NCBI RefSeq assembly: GCF_009914755.1
Contig: NC_060939.1
DNA from: the human T2T-CHM13v2.0 reference genome, Homo sapiens
Strand: one strand, 5' to 3'
DNA: 64,000 nt
The notes under the pieces are model-generated. The model saw only the letters and a list, made by a program, of their open reading frames with translations. It did not search any database and was not told the DNA's origin. The position numbers and the translations under genes are program-made. Every line of letters starts with the position of its first letter. Positions within the stretch are counted from its first letter, which is position 1. Shown piece by piece: positions 1 to 16,609 of the stretch.

Positions 1-110
1 ATGACAGTAGCATCCTCCTCACACCTTTCCCCAGGCTAACAACTAAAAATATCTTGAGATATTATCAGATGTTTCCTGGAGGGCAAAACTCCCCCTGGTT
101 GAGAATCAGT
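1..110. mobile_element. MER20-like hAT DNA transposon fragment
   Basis: Resembles the MER20 terminus (acaactaaaaatatc...gggcaaaactccccctggttgagaatcagt). Confidence 0.55.
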
Positions 111-159
111 CTACTAAAGTATTTGGAGATGACAGAGCATCAGGTTCGTTTCTATATAT

Positions 160-2080
160 TATTAAAGTATCTTTCAAAGTTGAAGGTAAAATTAAGACAT
201 TTTCGGAAAAATTAAATGGGCCAATTTGTCACCAGCAAATCTGTACTACAAAACATGCTAGCAGAAGTTTTTTGGCCTGAAGGGAAATAACATCGAATCT
301 AAACTCCAGATTAGAGGAAATGAAAAGCATAGAAATGGTAAGTATATGAGTAACAGGAAATACTTTTTTTTAATCTGTCGATTTTGTTGAAGGGAAACTG
401 ACTATTTAAATTTAAAAAGATATCATTTTATTGTGGGGTTTATGATGTGGATAGAAAAACTTATACTAAAAAAAATCACAAAAGACAGAGGGGGAATAAA
501 GGAAATGTTACCGTCATCAGTTTTTGTTGTTGTTGTTTTGGGTTTTTTTAATAGACTTTGTTTTTAGGGCAGTTGTAAGTTCACAGCAAAATTGAAAGAA
601 AGATACAAAGATTTCTCATACATCATTGTGTCCACACAGGCACAGCCTGACCCCTTGCTGTCATTCTCCTCTGGAGTGGCACATTACTTACCGCTGATGA
701 ACCTGCACTGGCACATCCTTATCACCAAGGTCCATAGTTATATTAGGGTCCACGCTTGCTGTCATACATTCTATGAGTTTAGGCAAATTCATATACCAGT
801 ATAGTATCATGCAGAATAGTTTTCTGCCCTGAAAGTCTTCTGTGCATATGAATAGGATAGGTGGAGCACAGATCACTTTTTAGGAAAATGTTGCCTTGTT
901 TTGATTTGACAAAGTAGGCAACACTATCAATCACTGGAGAGAATGTAAAAATAGAACAGATGTCATCAGTTTTTTACATTATATATGAAGTTGTCAAAAA
1001 TTACCTCGAAGTAAAATTTAGATTAGTTAAGTATAAATTGATGATTATTGTAATACAAATAACTCAATACAAAAAAGCGTTGCAACTAACTCATCTATGC
1101 AATTTAAAATGAATACTTAAAATACAATTAAACAAAAATACGAGAAGAGAAACAAGAGATTGTACAGTTTTTAAAAGTGGCAACACATTTCATTTAACAT
1201 ATTTATGAACTAAATTATTCAATTACAAGGTAGAGACTGTCATATTAGACAAAAGAATGAGACCCAACTAATGTTGTCTACCAGAAACATATATTAAACA
1301 TAAAGACACAGATAGATGAAAAGTAAACCTACAAGAAAAGATAAACCATGTACACAGCAAGCATTAGGAAGCTTGTGTGGCTATATTAGCAAAATGCAAT
1401 GTAGACTGGAAAAGAGGGTGCATTATAAGAGAAAATGGGGGCATTTCATAATTATGAAATAACCAATTCATCGGTGGACAATAATATAAGCAATATTATT
1501 GTCCTCCGATGAATTGGTTATTATATTATTGTCCTAATATGACATATATGTCCATAATTATGAAATGCCCCCATTTCATAATTATGAAAGGGACACCAAC
1601 TTAATAATAAAGCCTCATAATTCATGAAGGAAAAAGCAGAATTGAAGGGAGAAATGGATAAATGACAATAATAATTAAAGATTTTAACATCCCTCTGTTC
1701 ATCACTGATTGAACAGTAAGACAAACCATTCGTATGGCTATAGAACATTTCAACTTCATTATAAATCACCTTGATCTTATTGACATTTATAAAAACTACA
1801 TTTCAAATGCTGAATATACGTTGTTTTCTTGTGTATTGAAAGCACCACCAACATAGGCCAAATGCTGAATCAAAGAGTAAGTTTAAATGAATTTAAGCTT
1901 TAGATTTTATAGAATATATTCTCTGATCACAATAAAATTTAATTTGAAATCGATGACATAAGAGATTCCTAGGAAACCCCCAAATAGTTGTAAATAACAT
2001 GAAACACTATTTAACTCATAGTTCATAAAAGAAATCAAAAGATAATTTAGAAAAAATATGAAATAAGGAAAACAGTATAT
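160..2080 (+). mobile_element. Old L1 (L1M) ORF1-end/ORF2-endonuclease remnant, interrupted by an antisense L1 3' fragment at ~545-845
   Basis: Degenerate L1 motifs (gaaggtaaaattaagacattttc; gacccaactaatgttgtctaccagaaac; ttctctgatcacaataaaatt); A-rich plus strand. Confidence 0.7.
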
Positions 2081-2084
2081 TAAA

Positions 2085-3015
<931 letters not shown>

Positions 3016-3529
3016 ACAAAATTATGATAATAAAAGCTTCATATTTGTGGTGTAGAGTTAAATTGAGAGGGTAATTTATTATTTGAAATTCTTCTATTAG
3101 AAAAATACGTAGGTTTAAAAGTCAATGAAAAAATAAACAAATAAAACGTAATTTGAAAAAATAAAATAACAGGTAATGAAAGAAATAAATGAAATTGAAA
3201 GTAAATAAATTCACAAAGTGAAAAGTTCCTTTGAAAAAATCAGTAAAGTTGTTACATACTAGTAAGACTAAGAAAAAAGGACTGATAAAAGAAGAAATAT
3301 CATTACAGAACCTCTATATTTAAATGATAATAACTATTATGAACAATTCCATACTCAAGAATTTGGCAGCTTAAAGTTCTTTAAAGAGACAAATTACCAA
3401 AGCTTATTTAAGAACAAATTCATAATGTGAATTTTTCTGTATCTATATGTATCCATATAGTCTAGGTTTTCTAATTTCTGGCCTATGGTTGCTCATAGTA
3501 GCCTCTAATGATCCTTACAATTTCAACAA

Positions 3530-3700
3530 AGAAATTCAGAAGAAATTGAAAAATTTATTGAAGCAGATAAAAACGGCAACACAACATACCAAAACCTATG
3601 GGATACAGCAAACAGCAGTAGTAAGAGGGAAATTTATACCTATAATTTCCAAGATCAAAAAAGTGAAAAACCTCAAATAAATAACCTGATGATACATCTT
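3530..3700 (+). mobile_element. L1 ORF2 fragment (left half of the L1 split by the ABCB10 retrocopy)
   Basis: acaacataccaaaacctatgggatacagca...aacctcaaataaataacctgatgatacatctt; L1 resumes at 7487. Confidence 0.85.
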
Positions 3701-6700
3701 TTTTTAAGGTCACTATAAATTTTAATCTATGATATAAAATATTACCTACAGATATAATTGAACATCAGGTATCAGAAAATAAAACATAACAATGAAATGC
3801 AATTTTGTAAATACTTCTATGGTACAAGCATTATTTTCCTCAGATTCAACCTTTTAATTGTGCTTTGTTTGCTTTCTGAAAATCACACTTTATAAAGAAC
3901 ACAAGTAGAGCTTGTTAAAATGATTGTCACAGATGTACTGTTTACTAATTCAAAAAATACTACATTCATTCGCTCATATCAATTTTATTCATTAATTATG
4001 AAGAAGAAAATATAATATTCCATGCTTGTCATGAAATAGCGGTTTCTTCTTCCAGTCTAATCAGGGAACTAATAAATGCTTAGTTCATGGCAAAACTTCC
4101 ATTTGATTTACATTGACTTAATTACCTCTTAGGGTCTAGCCTCATCAATGGAGAAAAAGCACTTTTTCTTGAGGCAACAGCACATTAACAGCACTGAATA
4201 CAAAATATGGCAAATTCAATGGCTGTCAGCATTGCTTTAGGAATTTTGAGACTATAAAAAAACTATAACCATGAATAAAAGAAAAGGGCTTATTAATATC
4301 TTCTTTTTGGGAGAGTGATACATTCTGAAGTCTTCTTGTTATTCTGTTGAATAGCAAGGACTTCCAAACTTAAGTGTCTTAAGGCTGAAAATTAGTTACA
4401 TTCCTCAGATTTTAGCCTTATTAATGAAATTCCAAAAGTATTATAAGATTTAGTATGTCTTGAAATTATAAATTTGTAACAGATATTTTTCAAAATACAT
4501 GCCTTCAAACAACTTAAATGCAAAAATCATTCATTCTTAATAATACCTAGCAGTTCATCCCTTGCTTCCCAGAAGTACTCATACAAACATGTGAATTTAA
4601 AAAATAGATTTTTCTGTTCAAAAAATAAAGCTTCTGCCCTTTTAAAAACTTGTCAGGCTTTCATTTGCCAAAATGTTGAAAACTGCACATATTCAAACAT
4701 AGTTCCCGTAGGAACACATATTCCTCAACTCTCACACCTTTGAAGACACAGGAGACGGGCAATATAAATGTTCCCTTCTTTCCAGCTGATGTTAAATAGT
4801 TAGGTTTGCTTCATGAGATTATCGGAATAAAGGGTTAAATTTTCATTTTCCATTACTCTATCTAGTAAAATTAGACTTAAAGTAGGTAGAATACTACCAG
4901 AGGAATTACACAGTGATTGGCAAACTGGCCTAAAATAATCAGGCTTTTTATTTATACTTCCCTTTTTAAAGTTGTCATTTGACAACAGCTTCCATCTTTA
5001 ACAGCAGGCAAAAGAAAATGAGGTGCCATGCTATATTAATTAAAATATTCCACAATGAAAGAAAATACAAAACCTGAAAATAACTTCAGTGCTATAGACA
5101 TTTAAAAAGTTACAATGGTTAAAACTCTGAATAAAAAGATCTTGAGAACAGGTACATTTCAAAGCAATATTTTACACGCTTTGGAAAAAATAGCTATTTT
5201 TCAAATAACTTGATATATGGTTTACATATTTCATGCAGTCTCTGAGGTTTTTTTTCTCTACAATACTGTTTTGCATTAAAGTCTCTCATGTTGTTTACCA
5301 GTAATTGTTTCCTTAGGCTGAAATAAAACTTTGCTTGTTCATTAGTTTTCTGTATATCCCATTTGGTTTTGAAAGCAGCTCTTCGTGTTTTCCATATTCA
5401 GTAATTTTTCCTTGGTCAAGAACAGCAACCATATTAGCATTCTTAATGGTGGAGAGATGATGGGCAATAACTAACGCTGTTCTTCCATCCATCAGTGGAT
5501 CTAGAGCTTCTTGAACAAGGTACTCATTTTCAGCATCCAGCGCACTGGTTGCTTCATCTAGGAGAAGAATTTTGGGATTCTTCAGCAGAGCACGGGCAAT
5601 TGCAATCCGCTGTTTCTGCCCACCTGAGAGGAGAACACCCTTTTCTCCAACCACAGTGTTGAACCCTTGGGGGAAATTCCGGATCAAGACCACTGCATTG
5701 GCCACTTCAGCCACTCTCTGGACTTGCTCAGCGGTCACAGAGGAAGGCCATCAGCACCATAAGCAATGTTCTCAGTGATAGAGCAAGAAAACAAAATGGG
5801 TTTCCTGTCTCACTGTCCCAATCTTGGATCTCAGCCACACTGGGTTTAGCTGACGGATGTCATGGCCATCAAGACTGATAGTTCCAGAAGCAGGGTCGAA
5901 CAACCTCAGCAGGAGCGAAAGCACTGTTGATTTGCCAGAACCACCTGGGCCAACCAGTGCCGTGACAGATCCTGACGGAATGGAAAGGCTGAAATCCTGA
6001 AATATGGGCGCCTCTGGGCAAGCGGGATCGGCAAAATGCACGTTCTTAAACTCCAAAGCACCCTGGAAGCTTTTCTCATTTAAGATAACCCTTCCCCCTC
6101 CTTAAAAGGCAGATTGGGCTCTCTCTCCAGGAGCTCCCAGAGGCGCCCCCCGGCACCCAGTCCTTTCATCAGCTCCGAGTAGAAAGAGCTCAGACCTCCA
6201 ATGCTTATTCCAACCCCGAAAGCATACATAGGAAGGAAGAGAGTTCACCCATGGTCATGTGGGCACTGCCCATCAGCAGCCCCCCTTTGTACAGGACAGA
6301 AAGCACAATCAGGTTTCCGGACAGCCTAGTTCTCCAAAGAAGCCAGCCTGAGCGAATGCCGCTTTCCTTGCTGACTACATCACATGGTCCACTTTGCTGG
6401 CCTATTTTTCTATTTCAGTCATTTCTTTCCCAAAAGCTCGAACAGTTCTTAACATTTCCAATACGTTCCTCCTGAGTGGCTTGTGCCAGCGAATCCTGGG
6501 TGACTTTCGTCAGTTTCCGTAGATATCGTCCATAAATTACATCAATGATTGACACTAGAGGCACCACACTCACAACAAAGGTGGCCCGATTAGGTGAGAC
6601 ACAAAACATCGTCCTGATGCCTACAGAAGCCCGGGCCCCGGCCCTGAGCCCATCTGAGAGGTTTTCAGTCACTGAGCGCCCCAGGAGTGCAGTGTCCGAT

Positions 6701-7486
6701 GAGAAGCGGTTAATCAATTCCCCTGTGCCAGCCTTGTCAGAGAAAGCAACCTCCTGCCCCAGAATGGAGGAGAATAACGAAGTTCTCAGCCTCTTCACAA
6801 CGCGCTGACGTGAAGTTTGCATGAGGTAGACACGAATGGCATTGGCGGCAGCACCACACAGAAACACGCCACTGAGGCCAAGGCAGAGGCGGGTCAGGTT
6901 GTCGCTGTAGTCCACAGTGGGGTTGGTATAGATGGCATCGATGATCTTCCCCAGGAAGAAAGGGGCAGACATGGAGATAACACCGGACATCGGAGAAATC
7001 CAACCGCAGCTGCCAGCCTCTGGCGCTCAGGGAACTCCAGCCCCAGGAGCTTCCCGGCCTCCGAGAGTCCGGGCGCCATGGGTCGTAGCCGCTGGTCGTC
7101 CCGGGAAGGCGCCGCCCGCCCGCGCCGCCAGGCCTCCTCCCCTGCCCAGGCAGTGGCGGTGGGACCGCCCGGGAACCCGGCGCGCGGGAGCCGAGGAGCG
7201 CCCGGCCGGCAAGAGCCCCGCACCTGCAGCTGCCGGGCCCAAGCCCACAGCCCCGGGAGCCGTCCGAGGCCCGCGTGGCCCCCAGAGCCGCCCAGACCCC
7301 CGCCCCGGCAGCAGCTCCTCCAGCGGCGCGCGGCTCCAACGCCCCAGAGCAGCGCCGGCCCCGCGCCCCATAGCCGCGCCAGCCTCGGGGCAGTGAAGGG
7401 CGATATGGACTGGGGGCGCGGCTGGCCGGGGCCCACACACAGGCTACCGGCAGGAGCCGCCCTGGCTCTGCGGGGCCGGTGGCGCC
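3701..7486 (-). pseudogene. ABCB10P1: Processed pseudogene of the mitochondrial ABC transporter ABCB10 (slightly 5'-truncated, frameshifted CDS 7486-5313 plus 3' UTR)
   Basis: Intronless ORF pieces 7486-6894, 6990-6415, 6056-5772, 5738-5313 match ABCB10 ([14 protein letters not shown], Walker [38 protein letters not shown]-terminal [11 protein letters not shown]); several frameshifts; TSD gatacatctt at 3691-3700 and 7487-7496. Paralogue number (P1 vs P3/P4) inferred only from neighbours. Confidence 0.95.
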
Positions 7487-7490
7487 GATA
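7000..7490. promoter_or_regulatory. CpG-island-like segment from the ABCB10 5' coding region
   Basis: Very GC-rich with many intact CpG (gcgcgcgg, cgccgcccgcccgcgccgcc). Confidence 0.6.
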
Positions 7491-8295
7491 CATCTTAAAA
7501 GAACTAGAAAAGCAAGAATAAACCAGACCCAAAATAAGTATAGAAGAAAGGAAAGAATAAAGATAAGAGCAAAAATTAATGAAATTGAAATGAAAAAATA
7601 CAAAATATGAACAAAACGAAAAGTTCGTTTTTTAAAAAAGATAAACCAAACCAGTAACCTTTAGCCACACTAAAAAAAAAAACAAAAAACCCTAAATAAA
7701 TAAAATCAAGATGAAAACGGGGACATTTTCATTGATACTGTAGAAATTCTAAGGATCATTAGAGGCTAGTATGAGCAACTATAGACCAATAAATTAGAAA
7801 ATCTAGAATAAATGGATACTTTCCTAGATACATACAACCTAGCAAGAATGAACCACAAAGAAATCCAAAACCTGAAAAGACCAATAAGTAGTGAGACGGA
7901 AACAATTTTCCCAGGAAAAGCCGGGTGCAGTGGCTCACGCGTGTAATCCCAGCACTTTGGGAAGCCGAGGCGGGCGGATCACGAGGTCAGGAGATGGAGA
8001 CCATCCTGGCTAACACGGTCAAACCCCGTCTCTACTAAAAAAAATACAAAAAAAAAAAAAATTAGCTGGGCATGGTGGCGGGTGCCTCTAGTCCCAGCTA
8101 CTCAGGAGGCTGAGGTAGGAGAATGGCGTGAACCTGAGGGGCGGAGCCCGCAGTGAGTCGAGATCAGGCCACTGCACTCCAGCCTGGGCGACAGAGCGAG
8201 ACGCCCTCTCAAAAAATAAAAAAAAGTTTCCCGGGAAAGAAAAGCCCAAGACCCGACGGCTTTACTCCTGAATTTTACCAAATATTTTTAAAAGT
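7487..8295 (+). mobile_element. L1 ORF2 fragment (right half), interrupted by AluY
   Basis: aagaactagaaaagcaagaa..., aaattagaaaatctagaataaatggatac, aaaagcccaagacccgacggctttact. Confidence 0.85.
7919..8225 (+). mobile_element. AluY
   Basis: AluY diagnostics (accatcctggctaacacgg, gaatggcgtgaacc), A tail. Confidence 0.9.
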
Positions 8296-8314
8296 AGCAC
8301 AAAATGCAGCAGCA

Positions 8315-8582
8315 GGATTCTCCTGCCCCAGCCTCCTAAGTAGCTGGGGCTACAGGTATGCACCACCACGCCTGACTAATTTAAAACTGTTTTTGTAGAG
8401 ACAAGATCTCACTATGTTGCCCAGGCTGGTCTCAAACTCCTAGGTAAAATGATCCTCCCACCTCTGCCTCCCAAAGTGTTAAAATTGCAGGCATAAGCCA
8501 ATTTTTTTTTTTTTTTTTTTTTTTAGTAGAGACGGGTTTGACCGTGTTAGGCAGGATGGCCTCGATCTCCTGACCTTGTGAT
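8315..8582 (-). mobile_element. Antisense Alu fragments (AluJ-like followed by AluY-like piece)
   Basis: gcctcctaagtagctggg...ccaggctggtctcaaactcc; tagtagagacgggttt...tcgatctcctgacc. Confidence 0.75.
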
Positions 8583-9194
8583 TTTCAAAGCTGTTCGAGG
8601 GCATTTATCAGGCTTTTAACTCTAGGTACTCTTTCCCACAGTGTGAAGGCCAAGAGAAGGGATCCTGGGCTCTCTTCCCTGGCCCCAGGATGGGAATTCA
8701 GGGGGAAAAGGTCACCTATTCTCCTATTCTTATCCCACAAAAGAAAACTTATGCATCAGTTGTCAAGCTAAGGAGCTTCAGAGTCCACAAATAGGGAAAT
8801 TGCTAAGAGCTTATCAGTAGTGTCCACTACCCATCCCCACCTGGGGTCACGTGGAGAATGATGGTGGGGGCGACGATCTTGTCCTACTTCAGGTGAAAAG
8901 CAGGGGTGTGGGGGGGTTTCATTGTGAAGGGCTCCTTTGTTAAAATTCCTTCCAATTCCAGGAAAAACATGCACTCGAAAGCCATTATCTCTTTTACTTC
9001 TTACTAGGGAACTTCCAGGAAAGAGACGGGGGGGGGGGGGGGAAGAAGAGGGCAAAACAGCTGAGTGAATGTAGTCACCTCTCCGATTGCTTTTCTTGTT
9101 GCAGAATATTTCACATGCCAGGATTTTCCTTCTTGTCCTCCGGACTGTTGATACACCCAACATCTTAATACGCTTTCAATCACAAGTTAAAGAC

Positions 9195-12620
<3,426 letters not shown>

Positions 12621-12954
12621 AGGGAAAGGAAAAAAAGAATAATAAAGAAAAAGAAGTATATAAAATTGCTAAATCCAGGAACAGCTTCACAGTATATTGA
12701 GAGAAATAGAGGCAAAGGTTAGCAGACACCAATGTTCACTTAGTGGAACTGCAGTTGTCCCCAGACAGGAGGCTGCTACTTTTACAAAAGAAATCTATTA
12801 TTGACAAAAAAAAAAAAAAGGTGGTTTGTTACAATACACAAATAGCTAAACTTTATATAGCCACGACCCTCTTCTAGCACTGCTCTAAGCCTTTTCCTGC
12901 TCTGGAATAGCTACTATTGTTACCTCCATTGTAGAGAAAACAGATGGGGGAGGT

Positions 12955-13240
12955 TGTTGTGGAAGGACCAGGGAAACTGACTATGAAATTGACTTGTAAG
13001 TTGAGGACTTAAAGGTTCTTCCTGCTTTGCTCCTTACATTGCCACATTTTAGTTAACATACCTCTTAAAATACTGGTCCTTTCTGTATTTGGAGGGACTC
13101 CTCTTGCAGTTTGAAGTTTTTTCTTACACTAAGCATCTGGTTAGAAGATCATCTCCATTTTATGTCAGTTTAAGTTTAGACATTGTTCAGTAAGGAATGT
13201 AAATATGAGCAAACAGTTATCTGATTGAAATAGATAAACT
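12955..13240. mobile_element. Possible ERV LTR fragment
   Basis: Starts tgttgtgg and has LTR-like composition; family not recognised with certainty. Confidence 0.3.
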
Positions 13241-13432
13241 AGAAAAAAAATCACCTATGAGAAAGTCAACAAAATGTCAACTCTGGATTTGTGGCTATTT
13301 TCAGAATATTAATTTTTTGATATTTAATGGCATTGTGAATATATTTATTTTTAAGAATTCCTTGTCTTCTACAGATACATATAAGGTAATTAAAAATGAT
13401 AGGATGTATAGGTTTTACTTCAAAATCATTCA

Positions 13433-13873
<441 letters not shown>

Positions 13874-15094
13874 TCATTTATTATATATAATATATATATT
13901 ATTTTTCTCAACTTTTTTTTACATCTGAAACTTTCTATTGAACACATGGACATGTCCCTTGATAACTGGGGCTGCTTCCCCATTATTCTCTCAGCAGCCC
14001 TTCTGATTTTCACTCCATCTTCATTCTTAGAGATTCTGGATTTTATTTTTTTTTTGGGGAAGTTCAAGTATGTCTTTGCAAGGATTATCCAGCATGTCTA
14101 CCTACTCAATCATATTATCAGAAACAGAAAAAGTGTCCAGATTCTTGTCTTGTCCTGTTCAGATTTTTTAAATTCCAAGAACAGTCACCTTCTACCAGAC
14201 ACTCTGATGTTGGAAGACAAAGCATATTTGGTAAGTGGCATGATTTCTGGGCTCCGATTTAGAACAGTCACAGCTTTCAACAATCCAAAAATAGCTGACT
14301 GTGACTCACCATATTTAGAAAGATGGAGATTATTAAAAAAAGAAAACCTTAATTTATTATGTGACCGCTAAGTGTCTCGGCTGAAAATTGTAAAGATAGA
14401 AAGGTAAATCAAAAGATACAGAGACTGTAATCATGCACTTAATAAAGCGCTAAATCAAAATATATTTGGCATATGTGAAAGAGTTTAATTTTATCCCATT
14501 TTCTACTGGCACTATAGGTATTTGTAAGTACATATAAAACTACAGTGTTACATATAAACTACCAAAAAGGAACTTAAGAAACGAGACTAATCTAGCAACT
14601 TTATTTAAAAGTTTATCTTAAGGGAATAATTAAGGATGTCCATACAAAAGGATTTAGCCATGACACGAGAATGTTCTTCCTGGCAAATCAATGGAAATTA
14701 TTAAATGTGCAAAAGGGAACTGTTGGAATAAATTCTAATGCCTTCATATGATCGTATGTCGTAACCTTTTAAAATGATATTAAAGAGTTGCATACATTGA
14801 CTTAAACAGATATTCATAACACATCACTGAATAGGAGAAATACGGGCCAGCAAAGAACATAGAGTTGGTCCAATTTCTACAAAAAAAAGAAGACTAATAG
14901 CATGACAGCAGGGAAGGGGGAATATGTCAATGTATGTGTGTATATATATGTATGCATAGCAAGTATGAACTTGAAAGGATATATATCAAATTGTTTACAC
15001 AGATTACCTCAGAGAGGTAAATAACTGGCCTTTGGTGTTCTGTGTTCCATAGATTCTGAATTTTCTTTTTTTATTTAAATAGAGATGGGATCTT

Positions 15095-15685
15095 AGCCAG
15101 GAGCAGTGGCTCACACCTGTAATCCCAGCACTTTGGGAGGCTGAGGAGGGCGGATTGCTTAAGGCCAGGAGTTGAAGACCAATCTGGCCAACATGGCAAA
15201 ACTCTGTCTCTACTAAAAATCCAAAAATTAGCCAGGCGCAGTGGCTTATGCCTATAACCCCAGGTACTCGGGAGGCTGAGGCATAAGAATTGCTTGAACC
15301 AGGAGGCGGAGGTTGCAGTGAGCAGAGATTGCACCACTGCACTCCAGCTTAGGCAACAGACCGAGACTCTGTCAAAAAATAAAAACAAAACAAAACACCA
15401 CCACCAACAACAAAACAGTAATAAAGAGAAAATCTTATGGACAGGAGCAATGTCTCATGCCTGTAACCCCAGTGCTTTGGGAGGCCAAGATGGGAGAATC
15501 GCTTGAGCCCAGGAGTTCAAGACCAGCATGGGCAACATAGCAAGACCTTTTCTCTACAAAAAATTTAAAAATTAGCCAGGCATAGTAGTGCATGCTTATA
15601 CTCCCAGCTACCTGGGAGGCTGAGGTGGGAGGATCACTTGAGCATGAGAGTTGGAGGTTGCAGTGAACTGTGATCACACCACTGG
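15095..15685 (+). mobile_element. Two adjacent sense Alus (15095-15400 AluS/J; 15440-15685 AluJ, 3'-truncated at the GOLGA duplicon edge)
   Basis: Alu consensus motifs; the second stops abruptly at cacaccactg. Confidence 0.85.
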
Positions 15686-16262
15686 GAAGCCATGACCCCA
15701 TCCCTGCCTTCTTCCTCTGTCCTATGCTAGCAATAAGTAAGTTTCCCAGCCACAAATAATTATTAGAACCTCCTCCCCATGTGCCACCTCCGACCACCGC
15801 TAGGTATGATACAGGGGTGGCCCTACCCTCTGGAATATACAAAACCTTACACAGACACAATATATACACCGGGGAAGGGGGGCCACCCCAGCAGCCCATG
15901 CCTTCGCCTGGTCCACAGTTAGCCCCACTGTCCTGCCTCAGCTACCTCTCTGAATAAGAAGATTGGAGCCCCCACTGAGGGAAAAGTTGCTGTGGTGAGA
16001 GTAAGGGGGCCATGAGGCCTCCTCCAAACAAACCAACTCCACCAGCCTCTGGCTCTTAAATAACAATATCATCCAGAAATTTAAGGACTCAGCTCTGGTC
16101 AAGGTGGCAAAGGGTCTGTTTGTCTTTCCTCGTTAGACAGTGGTCTTGTCTTGCTACCCTAATTGTAAAGGGGTGACTGGGAAGGGGAGATAGGGACAGT
16201 GTGGTGGTGGAGAGACCCCAGCCCCACTTCTCCAGGCTTTGCTGACAGGGGCCTGCTTTTAA
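15686..16262 (-). other. GOLGA2-derived ancestral 3' UTR segment, displaced downstream of the insert
   Basis: Minus strand starts taaaagcaggcccctgtcagcaaagcctggagaagtggggc, resembling the GOLGA2 stop/3' UTR as recalled; related motif at 58605-58631. Confidence 0.65.
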
Positions 16263-16470
16263 TTTTAATTTTTATTTTTATCCCATGCCTTTTTTTTTAA
16301 ATCCCATAACTTCTTTTTCATAACTTTTTTTGGTAACTTTTCATAAAACTTTCTTCTACTTTTTGGTCACAAGATTTTTTTGCCACAACTTTTTTACATT
16401 TTTTATCCCATAACTTTTTCACCCCATAACTTTTGTTAATCCCATAACTTTTTTATTTTGTGTTCTTTTA
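16262..16470. repeat. Degenerate T-rich minisatellite (cccataactttttt units)
   Basis: Several imperfect copies of ccataacttttt; one more copy at ~19513-19525. Confidence 0.75.
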
Positions 16471-16609
16471 ATAAACCCTTGCATAGTTATATTACAATTT
16501 TGTAAAAATGAAACATTATCTCATGCCAAGCATGCTCAGCATTTGCACAGTATCAATACCTTTAATACTATATTTTTCAAGACACACAGAATAAAATTTT
16601 AAGGCAAAA

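Noticed and set aside
6737-7603. Overlapping 137-288 aa ORFs
   Set aside because: GC-rich frameshifted ABCB10 sequence; the longest minus-strand ones start in antisense L1.
9028-9042. G15 run in a purine tract (possible retroviral PPT)
   Set aside because: About 380 bp from the LTR and separated from it by Alu sequence; unsupported.
15686-16262. Possible DNM1 pseudogene (common beside GOLGA copies)
   Set aside because: No dynamin coding motifs seen; the sequence fits the GOLGA2 3' UTR better.
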